DNA of 64,000 nucleotides from Eledone cirrhosa. Lineage: Eukaryota. Position numbers and translations under genes: made by a program. Where the stretch lies: contig OZ024742.1 in NCBI GenBank assembly GCA_964016885.1, forward strand, positions 219,604,001 through 219,668,000. The letters are read 5' to 3'. Shown piece by piece: positions 49,001 to 62,766 of this stretch (the stretch's first letter is position 1; each line of letters opens with the position of its first letter). The notes beneath the pieces were generated by a model that saw nothing but the letters and a program-made list of their open reading frames with translations, was not told where the DNA came from and made no database searches.

Positions 49001-49685
49001 GTTGTTCCAGGAGTGTTGCAATCCTGAAAATTGTTTCGGCCAAGTAATTCAGAATTAGCATGAATTAATATATATATGGAGGCACATGGCTTAGTGGTTA
49101 GAGCATTGGCTTTGCAATTGAAAGGTTGTGAGTTCAATTCTCAGACCGGGTGATGTGTTGTTTCCTTGAGCAAGACACTTTATTTCACATTGCTCCAGTT
49201 TACTCAGCTGTAGAAATGAGATGATAGGGATTGGGGTCCCTTTCATTCCACTGGAAAGTGGTCGTGGAGGTGCCACGGCTAAAAAGCACCCAGCACTCAC
49301 TGTAAATGAGGTTGATGTTAAGAAGGGCATCCAGCTGTAGAAATCAAGCCAGTATCAGTTCCCGTCCCACCAGGGAAAAAGCGGACATAAAATGAAATGA
49401 TGAGTGAAATGATATAAAACGTAAAAAGCACTTAAGATGTGTGCCTATCCAAGATTTTAGTTACCTCAGTCTAAAACTGCATAGGTTTTTACAATCACTT
49501 TTACATATTAAGATACATACATGCATTTATCGCTCCCTTTCTCTTTCACACACACACATATATATATACACATACTCATTAAAACAACATGGATGATTTG
49601 CTAACGTTGAGTGCTTTATTTAATTTCTTACATCAGCATTCAACAAACCAAACCACTAATTCTACCCATTGATAAACAGCTTAAC

Positions 49686-49749
<64 letters not shown>

Positions 49750-51235
49750 ATTTTGGAAGATTAAGGATTTCTATACAAATCGTGTTATTTTGGAAAAATG
49801 AAGATTTGAAAAAAGCACCTAATTTGTTTTTATTCATTATATATACATGCTCCGTATATAGTACACAATGAAAAATGTTTCATATAAAAAAAAGGATAGT
49901 TTTTGTACTTAACCAGCTTTTCAAAAATTCGCATGTCTAAGTTTTCATTTGTAACGGGTTTGTTAAAACAAGGGGCGCAGCTGGTTATATCATTGCCCCT
50001 TATGTTGAGGAAAACGCAATCCTTCACAAGGGACGTAATTCTGCTCTGACCAGGTATTAAAATTATGTATGCAAGAGTTCGGCCTAAATTTTATTTATAA
50101 AAAACTTTTCTTTGCCAATGCACTTTTCCTCTGATGTCGACTGGCAACATTGGTAGAATGGGAAGACATTGACATTAGGTAAAGTTTGTACATGGATGTA
50201 TTAATGGGTGATATCAGTGTGTGTATTTGAGTGTTTATGCATTTATTCGTGTGTGTGTTTATGCATGTCTGTAAATAAGCTTGCATCTCTGTGTGTGTAT
50301 ATATACCAAATAACAGATGTATTCACAACTTGTGATCAAAGAGTACAATGGAGTATATCAGTCAGTTGTCTGTGCTATATCAGGAAGTAGCCAAATAGAC
50401 AAAGTGGGTGGTGGGATGGAGTATATATTACAGAAAGAGTGGATTAAGGTGTGGAGACACTGGAGGGGGAAGTAAGAGTAGTTTCAGGGTCACTGTGTTG
50501 TGTCTGCAGTGGTGGTTAGTTGATGAAGTTCTTTTTTTGACAGACTGAATTCCATTTTGTACATGTAAATACAATTTTTGCAGACCATGATCAGGGACAC
50601 CCACTGCAAACAGCCACCCCACCCCACCTTGCAGGGCTCCTCAATTCTACAAAGGTCAGCTGTACAGAGTCCAAGGACACCTGAGGTTTCAACAGCAATC
50701 AATGCAAAGAGGAAGCAGCTGAACAAGCCCCAGTATTTGCTTATTTTCCTGTCCTTTGCGTTACAGGCAGTGGTAACGAGGTTTGTGGTCAAAGCGATTA
50801 AGTTGGAGGTGGCGACCATGTCACGTCCTAGATAAGGGATTTACCTCCCTCAAATGGGAAGAGGATAATTCCATCGGGGCGCTTGCCATCTCCACACTCA
50901 ACACTTTCTGGCTCCAGTTGTAATGAGAAACCAGCTGCATCTAGGCTCCTTCTCATTATGTCATTCTGGTTTACATTAATTAGTCAGTTGAGTTAGTTTA
51001 GAAGTGTTAGGTATTTAGCTACATTGGTTTAGTTAATTGACTGTGTTAGTATAGTTAGTTGGTTGTATCAGTATAATTAATTAGTCATGTTAGTTTAATT
51101 ATATTTATGTATCTATGGTCATGTTGGTATAACTAATAAATTAGTTGTGTCGGTGAAAGTAGTCATATGGTGCTGGGAGCAGTGTATGTGTGATGATGTG
51201 AGTGTCGATAGGAGGTGGAAAAGAGCTGACTAAAG

Positions 51236-52180
51236 GAAGAGGGGCAGTGCATTTAGGCCATTTCCAGTAAAGGTTTGAAGAGACAAAGCAATATGCTGTG
51301 CTCTCCTGAGATATATGTTTGGGGTTCTGCAGCAAGCAACGAGGCCGAAAACTGAGAGGTGGTAGGTGGAATGTCCAGCAGAGTGGAAATGTTGGGCAAC
51401 CGGAGACTGGTTGCCGAGCCAAGTATCCTGAAGATGCTCAGCAAACCTCTTCACTAGTCAACAACCAGTTTGTCCAATGTATGTGGCCTCATATAACATG
51501 CAACACAGCCTGTAGACGAGACTCATTGGGGTGCAGCAGGAGTCCCTAACTAGGAAGAACTGGCCGTTGGGACCAGTGAGATCTGGGTGAGGGAATGACA
51601 AGAAGTGGCAATGCAGACAGATATGTACAGGAAATGGATGGAAGTGGTGGAGATAGAGGGAGTGAAGTTGAGGGCAGAGTGGAAGGAGCAGAGAAAAGAG
51701 AGAAAGGAGTCAAGCTTCTCCCGAATGAGTGAGGGAACACCAATAGTCTTTAATATTATGGCCATATTGCTCAGGGACGGGGCTCAGTTTACTGGGTAAA
51801 GATTTGGGCCTCTATGTAGCCAATGAATAAGTTGGGGTTGTTGGGATCTATGGCCACCCCAGCTGTGTTGGTAAAACTCACCCGAGAAGGAAAACCAGTT
51901 GAGGGTGAGGACCAGCTCAGCAAGGTGGATGAAGGTCATGGAAGTGTTAGCGAGCACAGAGGCCTTCAGCATGGAAGAATATATGTCAATCGTGAAAAGG
52001 AGGTGGGAGGAGGGGCAGGAGGGAAGACGAAAAGTTGGTGTCAGATGTTGGAGGGGAGAACAGCTACTAGGTGTGTAAGTATGGAGTTAAGGTAGGTGGA
52101 GAGGAGTTTGGTGGGGCAGTCACAGGCAGAGACGATGGGGCAGCCAAGGGTGTTAGGTTTGTGTATTTTGTGGAGGAAGT
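51236..52180 (-). mobile_element. Degenerate Penelope-like element (unit B paralog, with an extra deletion of about 260 bp)
   Basis: Paralog of 24370-25545; lacks the segment at about A:24715-24975. Confidence 0.8.
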
Positions 52181-52915
52181 ATTGGCTTTGCTGTGATGAC
52201 CCGTCTGCTGTCTATACTGAATAAGAAGTAGTGAGCAGCTCATGTTAGTTCATATTCCCCTTGTAAATAATCATTATGTCATGTTACTGAGTGCCCAAGA
52301 ACCAACTTTACCTTCTCACAGTTAAGACAAAGTTTGCTTCTTATCAATCAGATTAAAATACCCAAACAAGACGAAGTCATTGCAAGGAGTGATTTTATTG
52401 TGAGAACAAGAACAAACTAAAAATCTAAAAATGAATGATAAGGAACCACAATGTTAGGAAAACAAATATTTTCTCCTGTTTAACATGGTTTTTCAATAGA
52501 TATAACTTTCCACAAATTTTACATTTATGTTTTTCAGTTATGATTAATGAGATTGTGTTTCTGTACGAATCTTAATGACAAATAGTGAATAATTTGTCAC
52601 CAGAGTGTGCATGTGGCTACATGGCTAAAGCTCAGAAAATATTTGACACAAATATATTTTTCTCCAGTGTCTACATTAAGTAGATTTACTTCACATAAAA
52701 TGATTTTCTCACATAATTCACATAGAAATAATTACTTTTTCTCCATGAAACACTTGTTTGAGGGGGTGTTTCTCCTCTGAAGACCTGCTGTCTAGCTCTC
52801 CTGAGAGTTTCTTACACTATAAACTGGGATTTCTGACATATTTCATCATGATAAATGCTCTCCAATGTCTACTTGTTAGTGGACAATAAATTTAGATTTG
52901 TAAGAGAAAGATTTC

Positions 52916-55245
52916 TTACATTTTATAGTTAAAAAACTTCCCTCCTCTGTGTATTGGTTTGTGTCTTTTTAATCGATTGCTAGTGATAAAAGATTTCCCA
53001 CAAATTTCACAATAGGGTCTCTCCCCAGTGTGTCTACGTATGTGAATTACATGACTAGAATTATCAGAAAATGATTTCCCACATATTTCACAGTGATAGG
53101 GCTTTTCTCCAGTGTGTCTTCGTTTATGGACTACAAGATTACAATTAAATATGAATGACTTCCCACATACTTCACAATGATAGGGTTTTTTTCCAGTGTG
53201 TATTCTTTTGTGGTTTATTAGAGCACTACACGAGACAAAAGATTTCCCACATATTTTACAATGATAAGGTTTTTCTGCAGTGTGTATTCTCTTGTGGTTT
53301 GTTAAAACACCATTAGAGACAAAAGATTTTCCACATACTTCACAGACAGGGTTTTTTTCCAGTGTGTATTCTTTTGTGGGTTATTAAAGCACTACTAGAA
53401 CAAAAGATTCTCCACAGATTTCACAATGGTAGGGTTTTTCACCAGCGTGTATTCTTTTGTGGGTTATTAAATCACCATTTGACACAAAAGATTCTCCACA
53501 TATTTCACAATGGTAGGGTTTTTCACCAGCGTGTATTCTTTTGTGGGTTATTAAATCACCATTTGAGACAAAAGATTCTCCACATAATCCACAACTGTAA
53601 GGCTTTTCTCCAGTGTGTATTCTTTGGTGTTTTTTTAAAGCACCATTAGAGACAAATGATTTCCCACATATATCACAACAATATGGCTTTTGTCCTGTGT
53701 GCCTACGTCTGTGAACTATAAGATTAGAATTATCTGCAAAAGATTTCCCACATATATCACAATGAAATGGTCTTTCCCCAGTGTGACTACGTTTATGAAC
53801 TACAAGACTAGAATGAACAAAGTATGATTTCCTACATATTTCACAATGAAATGGCTTTTCTACAGTGTGTATTCTTTTGTGTTTTGTTAGGAGACTATTT
53901 GCTATAAATAATTTCCCACATATTTCACAATGATATGGTTTTTCTCCAGTGTGTATCCTGATGTGGTTTGTTAACCGATTATTGAGGATAAATGATTTCC
54001 CACATATTTCACAATGATAGGGTTTTTCTCCAGTGTGATAACGCTTATGAAGTACAAGTGCGTAATTAACAGAGAATGATTTCCCACATATTTTACAATA
54101 AGGTTTTCCACCAGTGTGACTACGTTTATGGATATCAAGATTACAGTTATCAGAATACGATTTCTCACATATTTCGCAGTAAAGTCGCTTTTCTCCAGTG
54201 TGCATTTGTCTATGCTTTGTTAAGACACCATTAGTGATAAATGATTTTTTGCATATTTCACACTGGAAAGGTTTTTCTCCAGTGTGACTACGAATGTGGA
54301 TGACAAGAGAATTACTATTGAATAATTTCCCACATATTTCACAGTGAAACAAGTTTTCTCCAGTGTGTATTGCTCTATGTTTTGTTAGTACACTATTTGC
54401 CATAAATGATTCTCCACATATTTTACAATGATAGGGCTTTTCTCCAGTGTGTAATCTTTTCTGAACTACAAGTTTATAATTAGCAGAGAATGATTTCCCA
54501 CATATTTCACAACCATAGGGTTTTTCTCCACTGTGTATTATTTTGTGTCTTGTTAAAACACCATTAGATGTGTAAGATTTCCCACATATTTCACAATCAT
54601 AAGGCTTTTCTCCAGTGTCTACTATGTTATGTTTTTTTAATTGACTATTAGAGGTAAAAGATTTTCCACATATTTCACAGTCATAAGGGTTTTCTCCAGT
54701 GTGTATTTTTCGTGTCTTATTAAATCAGAATTAATAGGGAATGATTTCTGACATATTTCACATCGAAACAGTTTTTCTCCAGTGTGCATTCTTTTGTGTT
54801 TTGTTAAATATCTATTACAGGAAAACAATTTCCCACATATTTCACAATGATAAGGTTTTTCTCCGGTGTGACTACATTTCTGGACAAGAGTCCATTTCTG
54901 AGGGAAAGATTTGCCACATATCTCGCAGTGAAACAGTTTTTCTCCAGTGTGTGTTCTTTTGTGTTTTGTTAAATTACTGTTAGAGACCAAAGATTTGCCA
55001 CATATTTCACAATAGAAGAGGTTTTTCCTGTTGTGTATTGTTTTGCGCATGAAAAGTTCAGGTTCAGAAGGGAATCTTTTTGGACAAATCTCACAACTAT
55101 ATTCAGAAGTATTTTTGTGTAATGATTTTTGATTTGTAATTGTTTCATTAAGTAAAAGTCTCTCACCACCGTATGTCTGTAGACCAGAACCTATACTGTC
55201 AAAACCAGTAGTGTTAGAAATGTCCAAATGATTAATGCCATCCAT
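52916..55245 (-). pseudogene. Poly-C2H2 zinc-finger gene copy B, frameshifted
   Basis: ATG at 55245 (MDGINHLDISNTT); frameshift near 54708 (stop at 54637) and another near 53400; His-ligand losses; 3 more fingers than A. Confidence 0.82.
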
Positions 55246-58200
55246 ATTTATCCTCGAGGATTTCTTCAAAGTTGGAGGAAGAGAAAAGATGCAATAATGG
55301 GATCATAAAAATGTGAGTTCCTGAATTATCGAAACGAATAAGTAAATGTTCCAAAATAAACTAAGCAACCCTTCTTTTCCTTCGAAACGCTTTTCAGTTC
55401 TGTTTTGAACATCTTGAGAAAAATTTATTATTATTATATAGTGTCAGGTTTTGTACGAGTGACATACACACACACGTGTGTGTGAAGAAGCCTAACTAAC
55501 AAGTAAACTATTAAAAACTATACAAAAATGTTAAGTAGCATGTGTATAATTTACCTATTTGAAGCATTCATTTATCCCATTTAGTAATTTAGGAAAGTCA
55601 AGTCAGATTCCAAGATTGTTAGAGTATAATCTTGTAGTATTAAATTTCTCGTCTTAGAAATCACAGGCATCTATTATAATTGGTATTAGAAATCAATTAT
55701 AACAGTTATAACGGAATTAGTTGATGTTAATAATGAGTAGACGGTGTTTTTGAAAATGTTTCCCTCCCCTGAATAATACCGGTGACATGTTCTGAAACGA
55801 TCCCCTATTTTCCGTTAACATTTTTTGATATTTCCATGTATCTCATGTAAAAGTCGACCTTAGTTCAGGATAAAATCTTGATTCACAAATGCTGATCAAC
55901 ATTTGTGAATCAAAATATTATCCTGAATATAAATGATACTGTGAGGAAATGAATTTTTCTCCTTCCAATTCTGAAACCGGCTGGATAATCCAGAGTTGAT
56001 GGGAAGAGCCCAGATGGTCTTACCCTTTGTCTATGGGTAGATATCTCATCTGGGACGTCACACTCTTTTGCTCAATGCCACATCCTAGATGCTGAGGGTC
56101 ACTGCTTCCGTATCGGAGGTGAATACAATTTTAAAGTAGCGGAATTTATCGGTAAACCATTTTTTCCAGCCTCTTGGGAACGAGACGTTTGGGGAAGCTG
56201 GTTGCTGACAGCGAAGTTTTTGTCATTGTCGTTGTACCGAACTGTCAGGTGATGTCCGTTAAGGTGCTTGGTTGTTTCAGTGCCCTGAGCTCACCATCAC
56301 CTGCGGTAATGCTGCGAGCGTGTTTGGCTTGCTTAAAAAAGTTCCGATGTCCTTTGTGGTGTGTGACCGATTGGCGCACTTAGTCTTCAACTAATGCTTT
56401 TTTCCCTATTTTTTTTTCGCTTTGGTTAACTCAACAAATAAATACTTACCAATGTACTTATCAAATAACTTGGCCTTCTAATTAATTTTAGGGACAGAGA
56501 ACAACGTGAAGTGAAGTTAGTGGTTGTTGTGGAAGGGGATGATAAACACGACAAACAACAATTTTGGTTAGATATAATACTTTACTTCACTTCAGTTAAA
56601 AAGGGGAAAAGAATATGATTACTTCGAATCATAAAAATACAGTTTGATGGTAGCACTCACAAATGAATACAGTGTTAAAAAGCAAAGCTTCTGTTTGTCT
56701 ATATGAAGACGCAGATGATTGTCTGTGGCTGAAGTGCTGAGATTTCGCTACAAACGTAGGTTTCGATGGCAATCGACACAAACAAAAAAAAACAAGCAGC
56801 CAATCCCTGGTATTTAGTTAATTTCTGCTCCATGCATTACGTGCAGCGTTTCCCAGGTTTGGTGGCCGAAGAGAAAGTGTCATAACATGCAGTCTCCCAG
56901 ATGAAGGATTTACCCCTCTCAAACGTCTAGAAAGTTCACCACTCTATGATTAGACTTAATATTTACGGTGAGCCCCAAAGTTTTGAAAAACCTATGTAAT
57001 TGCTTATTAAGATTTTCGATCCTGCGTTGATTATACTTCTTAAAAATAAATAAAAGCATCGTTTCTATAGAAACCACCCCATAGAGCAGGAATCTCTTCC
57101 TTGTGTCTATGTAGTAAATCCCCCATCCTGTGTAAGGTGGGAATTGAATTTCGGATATATTCTGCTTCAATTTAATACGTTTGATTAATCCTCTGAAGAT
57201 GGAAAAGTTCAAATATATCTATATCATTTTGTATGTCTAACACTAGACTGTTTGTTATCCTTCCAATGACGGATAATTTTGGAAGTATACCTTTGACACG
57301 GTGAGTGTCGAGGTAAATATAATTATCATAATTTAATTTTTATTTCAAATGTTTATAGTGTTTTTACAAAATAATTGTTTCTACTTTAGGCACAAGGCCA
57401 GCAATTATCCAGTACATTACTGGTACTTTATTTTATCGAGCCCGTAAGGATGAAAGGCGGGATTTGAACTCAGACTGTAAAAGGGACGTAACTATGCTAG
57501 AAAGCATGGTGTCCAACCCTCTACCGATACTGCCAATTCACCGCTACAAAATAATGTTAATTGAAAGGAACAAGTAATTTAAAAAAGAGCAAAATATTTA
57601 CCGGTGGTGTTATTATTTGATACTTTAGCTGATTTATAGTAATGATAGTGATATTTGTATCAACAGAGGTCACCAATATAGCAGTAAATTAATAGTCACC
57701 AGTTAACTGCTGAGGTTAACTTTGCCTTTCATAAAATAAAGTACAAGTAATGTACTGGGTAATTGCTGACCTTGTGCCAAAAGTAGAAACAATTATTAAA
57801 TATTTATAATGTTTTTCTAATTATTTTGTAGTCATTTCTCATTTATTATTTTATTTATCAGATGTTAATTTGATAACATTTCTATATAAACTATCAGTGT
57901 TGTAGGAATGCCAAATGCAGAAAATAACTGTAACCACAATCAAATTGTGGAGAATTGAATTCAGTAGTAGTAGTAGCAGTAGCAGTTGCAGCAGCAGCAG
58001 CAGCAGCATTAGTGGCGGCGGTGGTGGTGACGGCAACAGCAGTAGTAGTAGTAGCAGTAGTCTGTCTAGTTTGAGGCAATGAAATAACAGAAATGGTTAA
58101 GTATTGGCCTAAATAGCTTATAGATATAAACATCTTCCAAAGCCAGTGTTTTGAGGTGCAGCTCCCACTAAAAACGAATGAATACAAAATGATTTGTATT

Positions 58201-59104
58201 TTTGCTTCAGTGATGATTAGAAGCCGATTTTGTTTTTTGTGTAACAGAGTGATTCGGATGAGGGTTAGGGTTACTGTAAGATCTTCAAAAAGACCATTGT
58301 ATGTACAACTGTTTATTGGATTTCTATTAACACAAAAAACTTAACAAATGTATGTACCTGATGACATTAAGTACAAAACATACCTTTTGGTGAAGCCAGC
58401 TCTTTATATATGAGCATTGAAGTAAGTATGAAGACTATTGTAGTAACATTCAAGACAAACCATTCGACCAAGCAAAAATGGATTGGTTCCTTGTTTTTCC
58501 TTTATAATTTAATTTTATTTTTATTCTCTCATAAAGTATTAAAAATTATATTCTTCTTAATAAGTAGAAACAAATATTATTGCAGTATTAAATTTGTTTC
58601 TTTCACAAAAGATGAATGAAACAAATACACACCCACTCATACCCATATGTGTTTGTGTGTATGTACTCAGCATGGTCACACACAGTGTCACTTTATCCAG
58701 AAATAGAGAAGAATTGAGTATATCATCTTCCTATAGAAAATACTAATATGCTACTACAACTGTCCAAAGACATGATAGTACATAGATTGTACTGGTAAGG
58801 TCATGTGATCTATAGTATAGTGTAAAATGTTAGAGGGAAGGTTGTATTGGTAAGGACATATGACTACACACAAAGGATGTCAAATCTACACAAGAAGAAG
58901 ACTGAGTAAGATGTTTGATAATAATTGTTTCTACTTTTGGCACAACGCCAGCAATTATCCCAGTGCATTACTGGTGCTTTATTTTATCGACCCCATAGTG
59001 ATGAAAGGCAAAGTTAACCTCGGCAGGATTTGAACTAAGACCGTAAAGGGCCATGTCTCTATGCTGCAAAGCATAGCGTCCGACCCTCTACAGATACTGC
59101 CATA

Positions 59105-60510
59105 ATGAAATTATTGTGTACAGTGCTCAGGTGCACTACAACTCATCAAAGGTGCATGTATAGGATATAGAATAATGTACAAATGTCAGGAAAGTGAACA
59201 GTGTATGAGTCATGATATACACACAGATACATGTATGCACGTGTATGGAGGTAGAATATCAGGTGGCGAATTTCGGGAAGCATGGAGGTTTTGAAGGATG
59301 CAGTGTCCCAACAGCTAACAACTGATGCAGGTAGTATGTTCCATGCTTCAGCAACTCTGAACATGAAAAAATGTTTCCAAAAGTCATGGGAGCTGTCCTA
59401 TTTTCTGATTTGTAGGCATGCCCATGGGCGTTAGACACATGGAATTCAAAAAGGTGCTCAGGGTTAATAATTTTGTTGGTGTTTATTAAGTCAGTTGCTA
59501 AACGTCAGAGCTTCAATGTATACATGCCCAGGGAAGCAAGGTGTTCAGAGTATGGTAGATACCTGATGGAGGGTATTTGCTTGGTTGCATGTCTCTGAAC
59601 AGTTTCCAGGAAATCAATATTCTGAGCAAGATAGGAGTTCCAGACTGGTGATGCAAATTCTAAGTGTGGCTTCATCATAGCTATATATAGCTTTAAATAG
59701 ATAACTGGAGAGTGGCTGACAAAATTCTTACTGAGTGATGCTAAGACACCTTCGGCCTTCTTGACAATTTTAGAGATGTGCTTTGTCCAACGCAAATCCA
59801 GGTCATATTCACAAGAAGATTTCTTGAGGTTAATGTTGTGGAGGGAGTATGTGACCGCTGGGTTTTTCCTCCCAAAATGCATGGTGGTACACTTGTCCAC
59901 AGCCAGCTTGAGTTGCCAGTCTGTGATCCATTGTTGCATTGTGTCCAGGTCTGATTGCAGGAAAGATCTTCAGTGTTCAGGATATGTCCTTTTTATCTCA
60001 ATGTCATCTGCATATTTCAGTACTATGGCATTATTTAAGTTGGCATCTATGTCATTAATGTGTGCAACAAACAAAAGGGGACCAAGAACAGATCCCTGTG
60101 CTACACCAGATGACATCTCATAGGGTGAAGACTGCTGTCCTAGAACCATGTCTACCTCTTTTCGACTGAGAATGAAGGACTTCAACCAATTATAAAGATC
60201 ATCTCTCACACCCATTGCAGAGAGTTTTGTCATAAGTCTTTTGTTGGCACAGAATTAAAAGCTTTAGCAAAGTCAAGATAAACAATATCCACACATGAAC
60301 CACCATCAGTGATCCAGGTAATGTCTTCAAGAAACTCAATGAGTTGATCACTGCAGCTGGAGTTAAGGATAAATCCAAATTGCAAGGGCTAGATAAGGCT
60401 GTGAGAATTCCAGAAGTTCCAGAGTGTTTCTCTGACACAGAATTCCATCATGAAGTGGTAAAATCTGATCCCTGGATCTCTGGATGCTGAACCTCCATAC
60501 AACCTATATC
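59105..60510 (-). mobile_element. CR1-group LINE fragment (unit B paralog)
   Basis: Paralog of 31610-33010 with an extra stop. Confidence 0.9.
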
Positions 60511-60906
60511 ACACATCCTTCAGGACCAACATGAGCCACTTTACAAGAGTACCTAGTCTCTAAATGTCCCTCCTCACTCACGTTTCTCCTGCTGATGCTG
60601 TTTTACAGATGTTCAGGCTGAACATTAACTGTACAACTCACACCAGTCTGAGAGAGTTTGCTGTGATCATAAGACCTGTTCCTTCTATTTAACTGACTAA
60701 ACAATAAAGACTAAAGTTTACACAATCAATCACAAATACTCAACTTGTGTATATTTTACAAACCACAGTAAGATAAAAGGATTTGAACTTCAATCATTTG
60801 GACTATTGAATATTCTATACACTTGTATTTTACTAGTGGAACCCCTGCATATTGTTTTGATGCAATCATTTATAGGGCCTTGCTAGCAGAGGGAACTAAC
60901 ATTAGT

Positions 60907-60945
<39 letters not shown>

Positions 60946-62766
60946 CCATAACATTTCACATATGACATGGTTCCTAATAACCACTGTACAAAATGTATTT
61001 TATCATGGTATTAATACTGGAGAGGTTGTAACGTTCACAAGAAAGACTAAAGTGTCTTTTCTACCTTACATTGTTCCCATTTGATAGGCAACCACTTTAC
61101 AGAGTGTACTGGGTGAGCTTTATTATAGCATTTGCACCATTGAAGATGCTATGATTTCAGTAAGGTTAAAGAATCCTCTTCGCTTAACATTGTCTCTCTT
61201 CATTCAAGGAAAACAGTTATTCAAGGAAAGCAGTTTTAGGAATGAGAGATTAATAATGGAGAAAGCAATGGAAATGAAACAATGATGGTATTAGTAATTG
61301 TGGGCCAATGTCTGTGTGTCTGTGTGTGTCATCAAGACTGTGTGTGTTTGTTAATCAGTGTATGTGAAAAAATAAATTAAAAAAATTGTGAAGTTATTTA
61401 AGTTTAACAAACAAACAAAAGGAAAGTTTTTACTTATTTAACGCTTGGACAACGTTTGACAACACTGCTAGTGTAGCTGTAGCTATGTGTGTGTGTAAAT
61501 ATTGCTGTTGGAAAATTTTGGTCTGGCAGCCCTTGTCAGTGGAGGCACGTAGACTAGTGGTAATGGTGTTGGACTTGCAATCATAATATTGTAGGTTCGA
61601 TTCCTGGACTGGTTTGAGTGTTCTGTTCTTGAGCAAAGCACTTAATTTCACATTGCTCCACTATACTTAGTTGAAAATGAGCACTGCCAGCAATAGTCTT
61701 GTAATCTCAGTGATTTCATGCCAGGGAAACTGGGATAAGCACCAGCCTGATCAGACTCTAGGCAATAGACAGACTTTAGAACCATTTCTACAGTGATGAA
61801 ACTCCCAACCTTTCTTCTTCAGGCATATTGTACCTTGGACAATACTATACAAAATGTCTTTTTGGTATTATTATAGAACATCCACTTTGATTTCAGTGGG
61901 GAAATATTTTTTTCCTTATATTTTTCCCACGTGTTTTCAACTAATCAGACCACCAAGATGCTCGCAATCACTCTTTTATTCCATTTTTGCATGTTATCAA
62001 CAAATATGATCTCCAAACCAGTTGGAAATGACTGGCTTCGTAGAAAAAAGAGAGGGAAATGGGATGGAAAGACCATCAGTTTCCCAAATCTACATTCCTC
62101 TTGCATTTGATTGGAAATAATTATTTTTCTTCATTTTTTTTTCAAGTGCATCATCTAATCTGACCTCCAAGATACTCACAATTGACTTTTTTTCCAGATA
62201 AGGGTTAGGGTTTGGTCAGATTAATTGATAGCACACGAAAAAAAAAGAAGAAAAATAATTATTTCCAACCAAATGCAAGACGAGTGTAGATTTGCGAAAC
62301 TCCGATGGTCTTTCCGCCCCCTTCACCCTTCTTTTTCTACAAAGCTAATCGTTTTCGACTAGTTTAGAGGTCATATTCATATATAATATGTGAAAAAAAT
62401 GCGCATTGAAAACTCAGCAGAGGGGGTTATCCGGAAAAGGAACACCACCTCCACCCCTCCATTTTCTTGGAAAAAAAAGTCCATTGTGAGCATCTTGGAG
62501 GTTAGATTAGTTGATTGTACACGAAAAAACGGAAAAATTTTTTTTTGATATTATTATTATTGAATAATTTTTGGGGAAACATGTCGGAAACTACAAGATT
62601 TGTAGAAAAAAACGAGAATGAAAAGGGCATAAAGACCTTTGGAGTTTCGCAGATCTACACATTTGGAGGGAAATAATTATTTTTCCTCGATTTTTTTCCT
62701 AGACCTCTTAGATGCTCGCATGGACTTTATTCCAGTCTTAGGGTTAGATTTAGGGTTACATGGCTT

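Larger units (their letters stand above)
35187..62766. repeat. Tandem segmental duplication unit B (about 27.58 kb)
   Basis: agtcaatcatattggtggcc at 35231 recurs at 62811 (period 27580). Near-identical ORF pairs appear throughout the ORF track. Confidence 0.95.
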
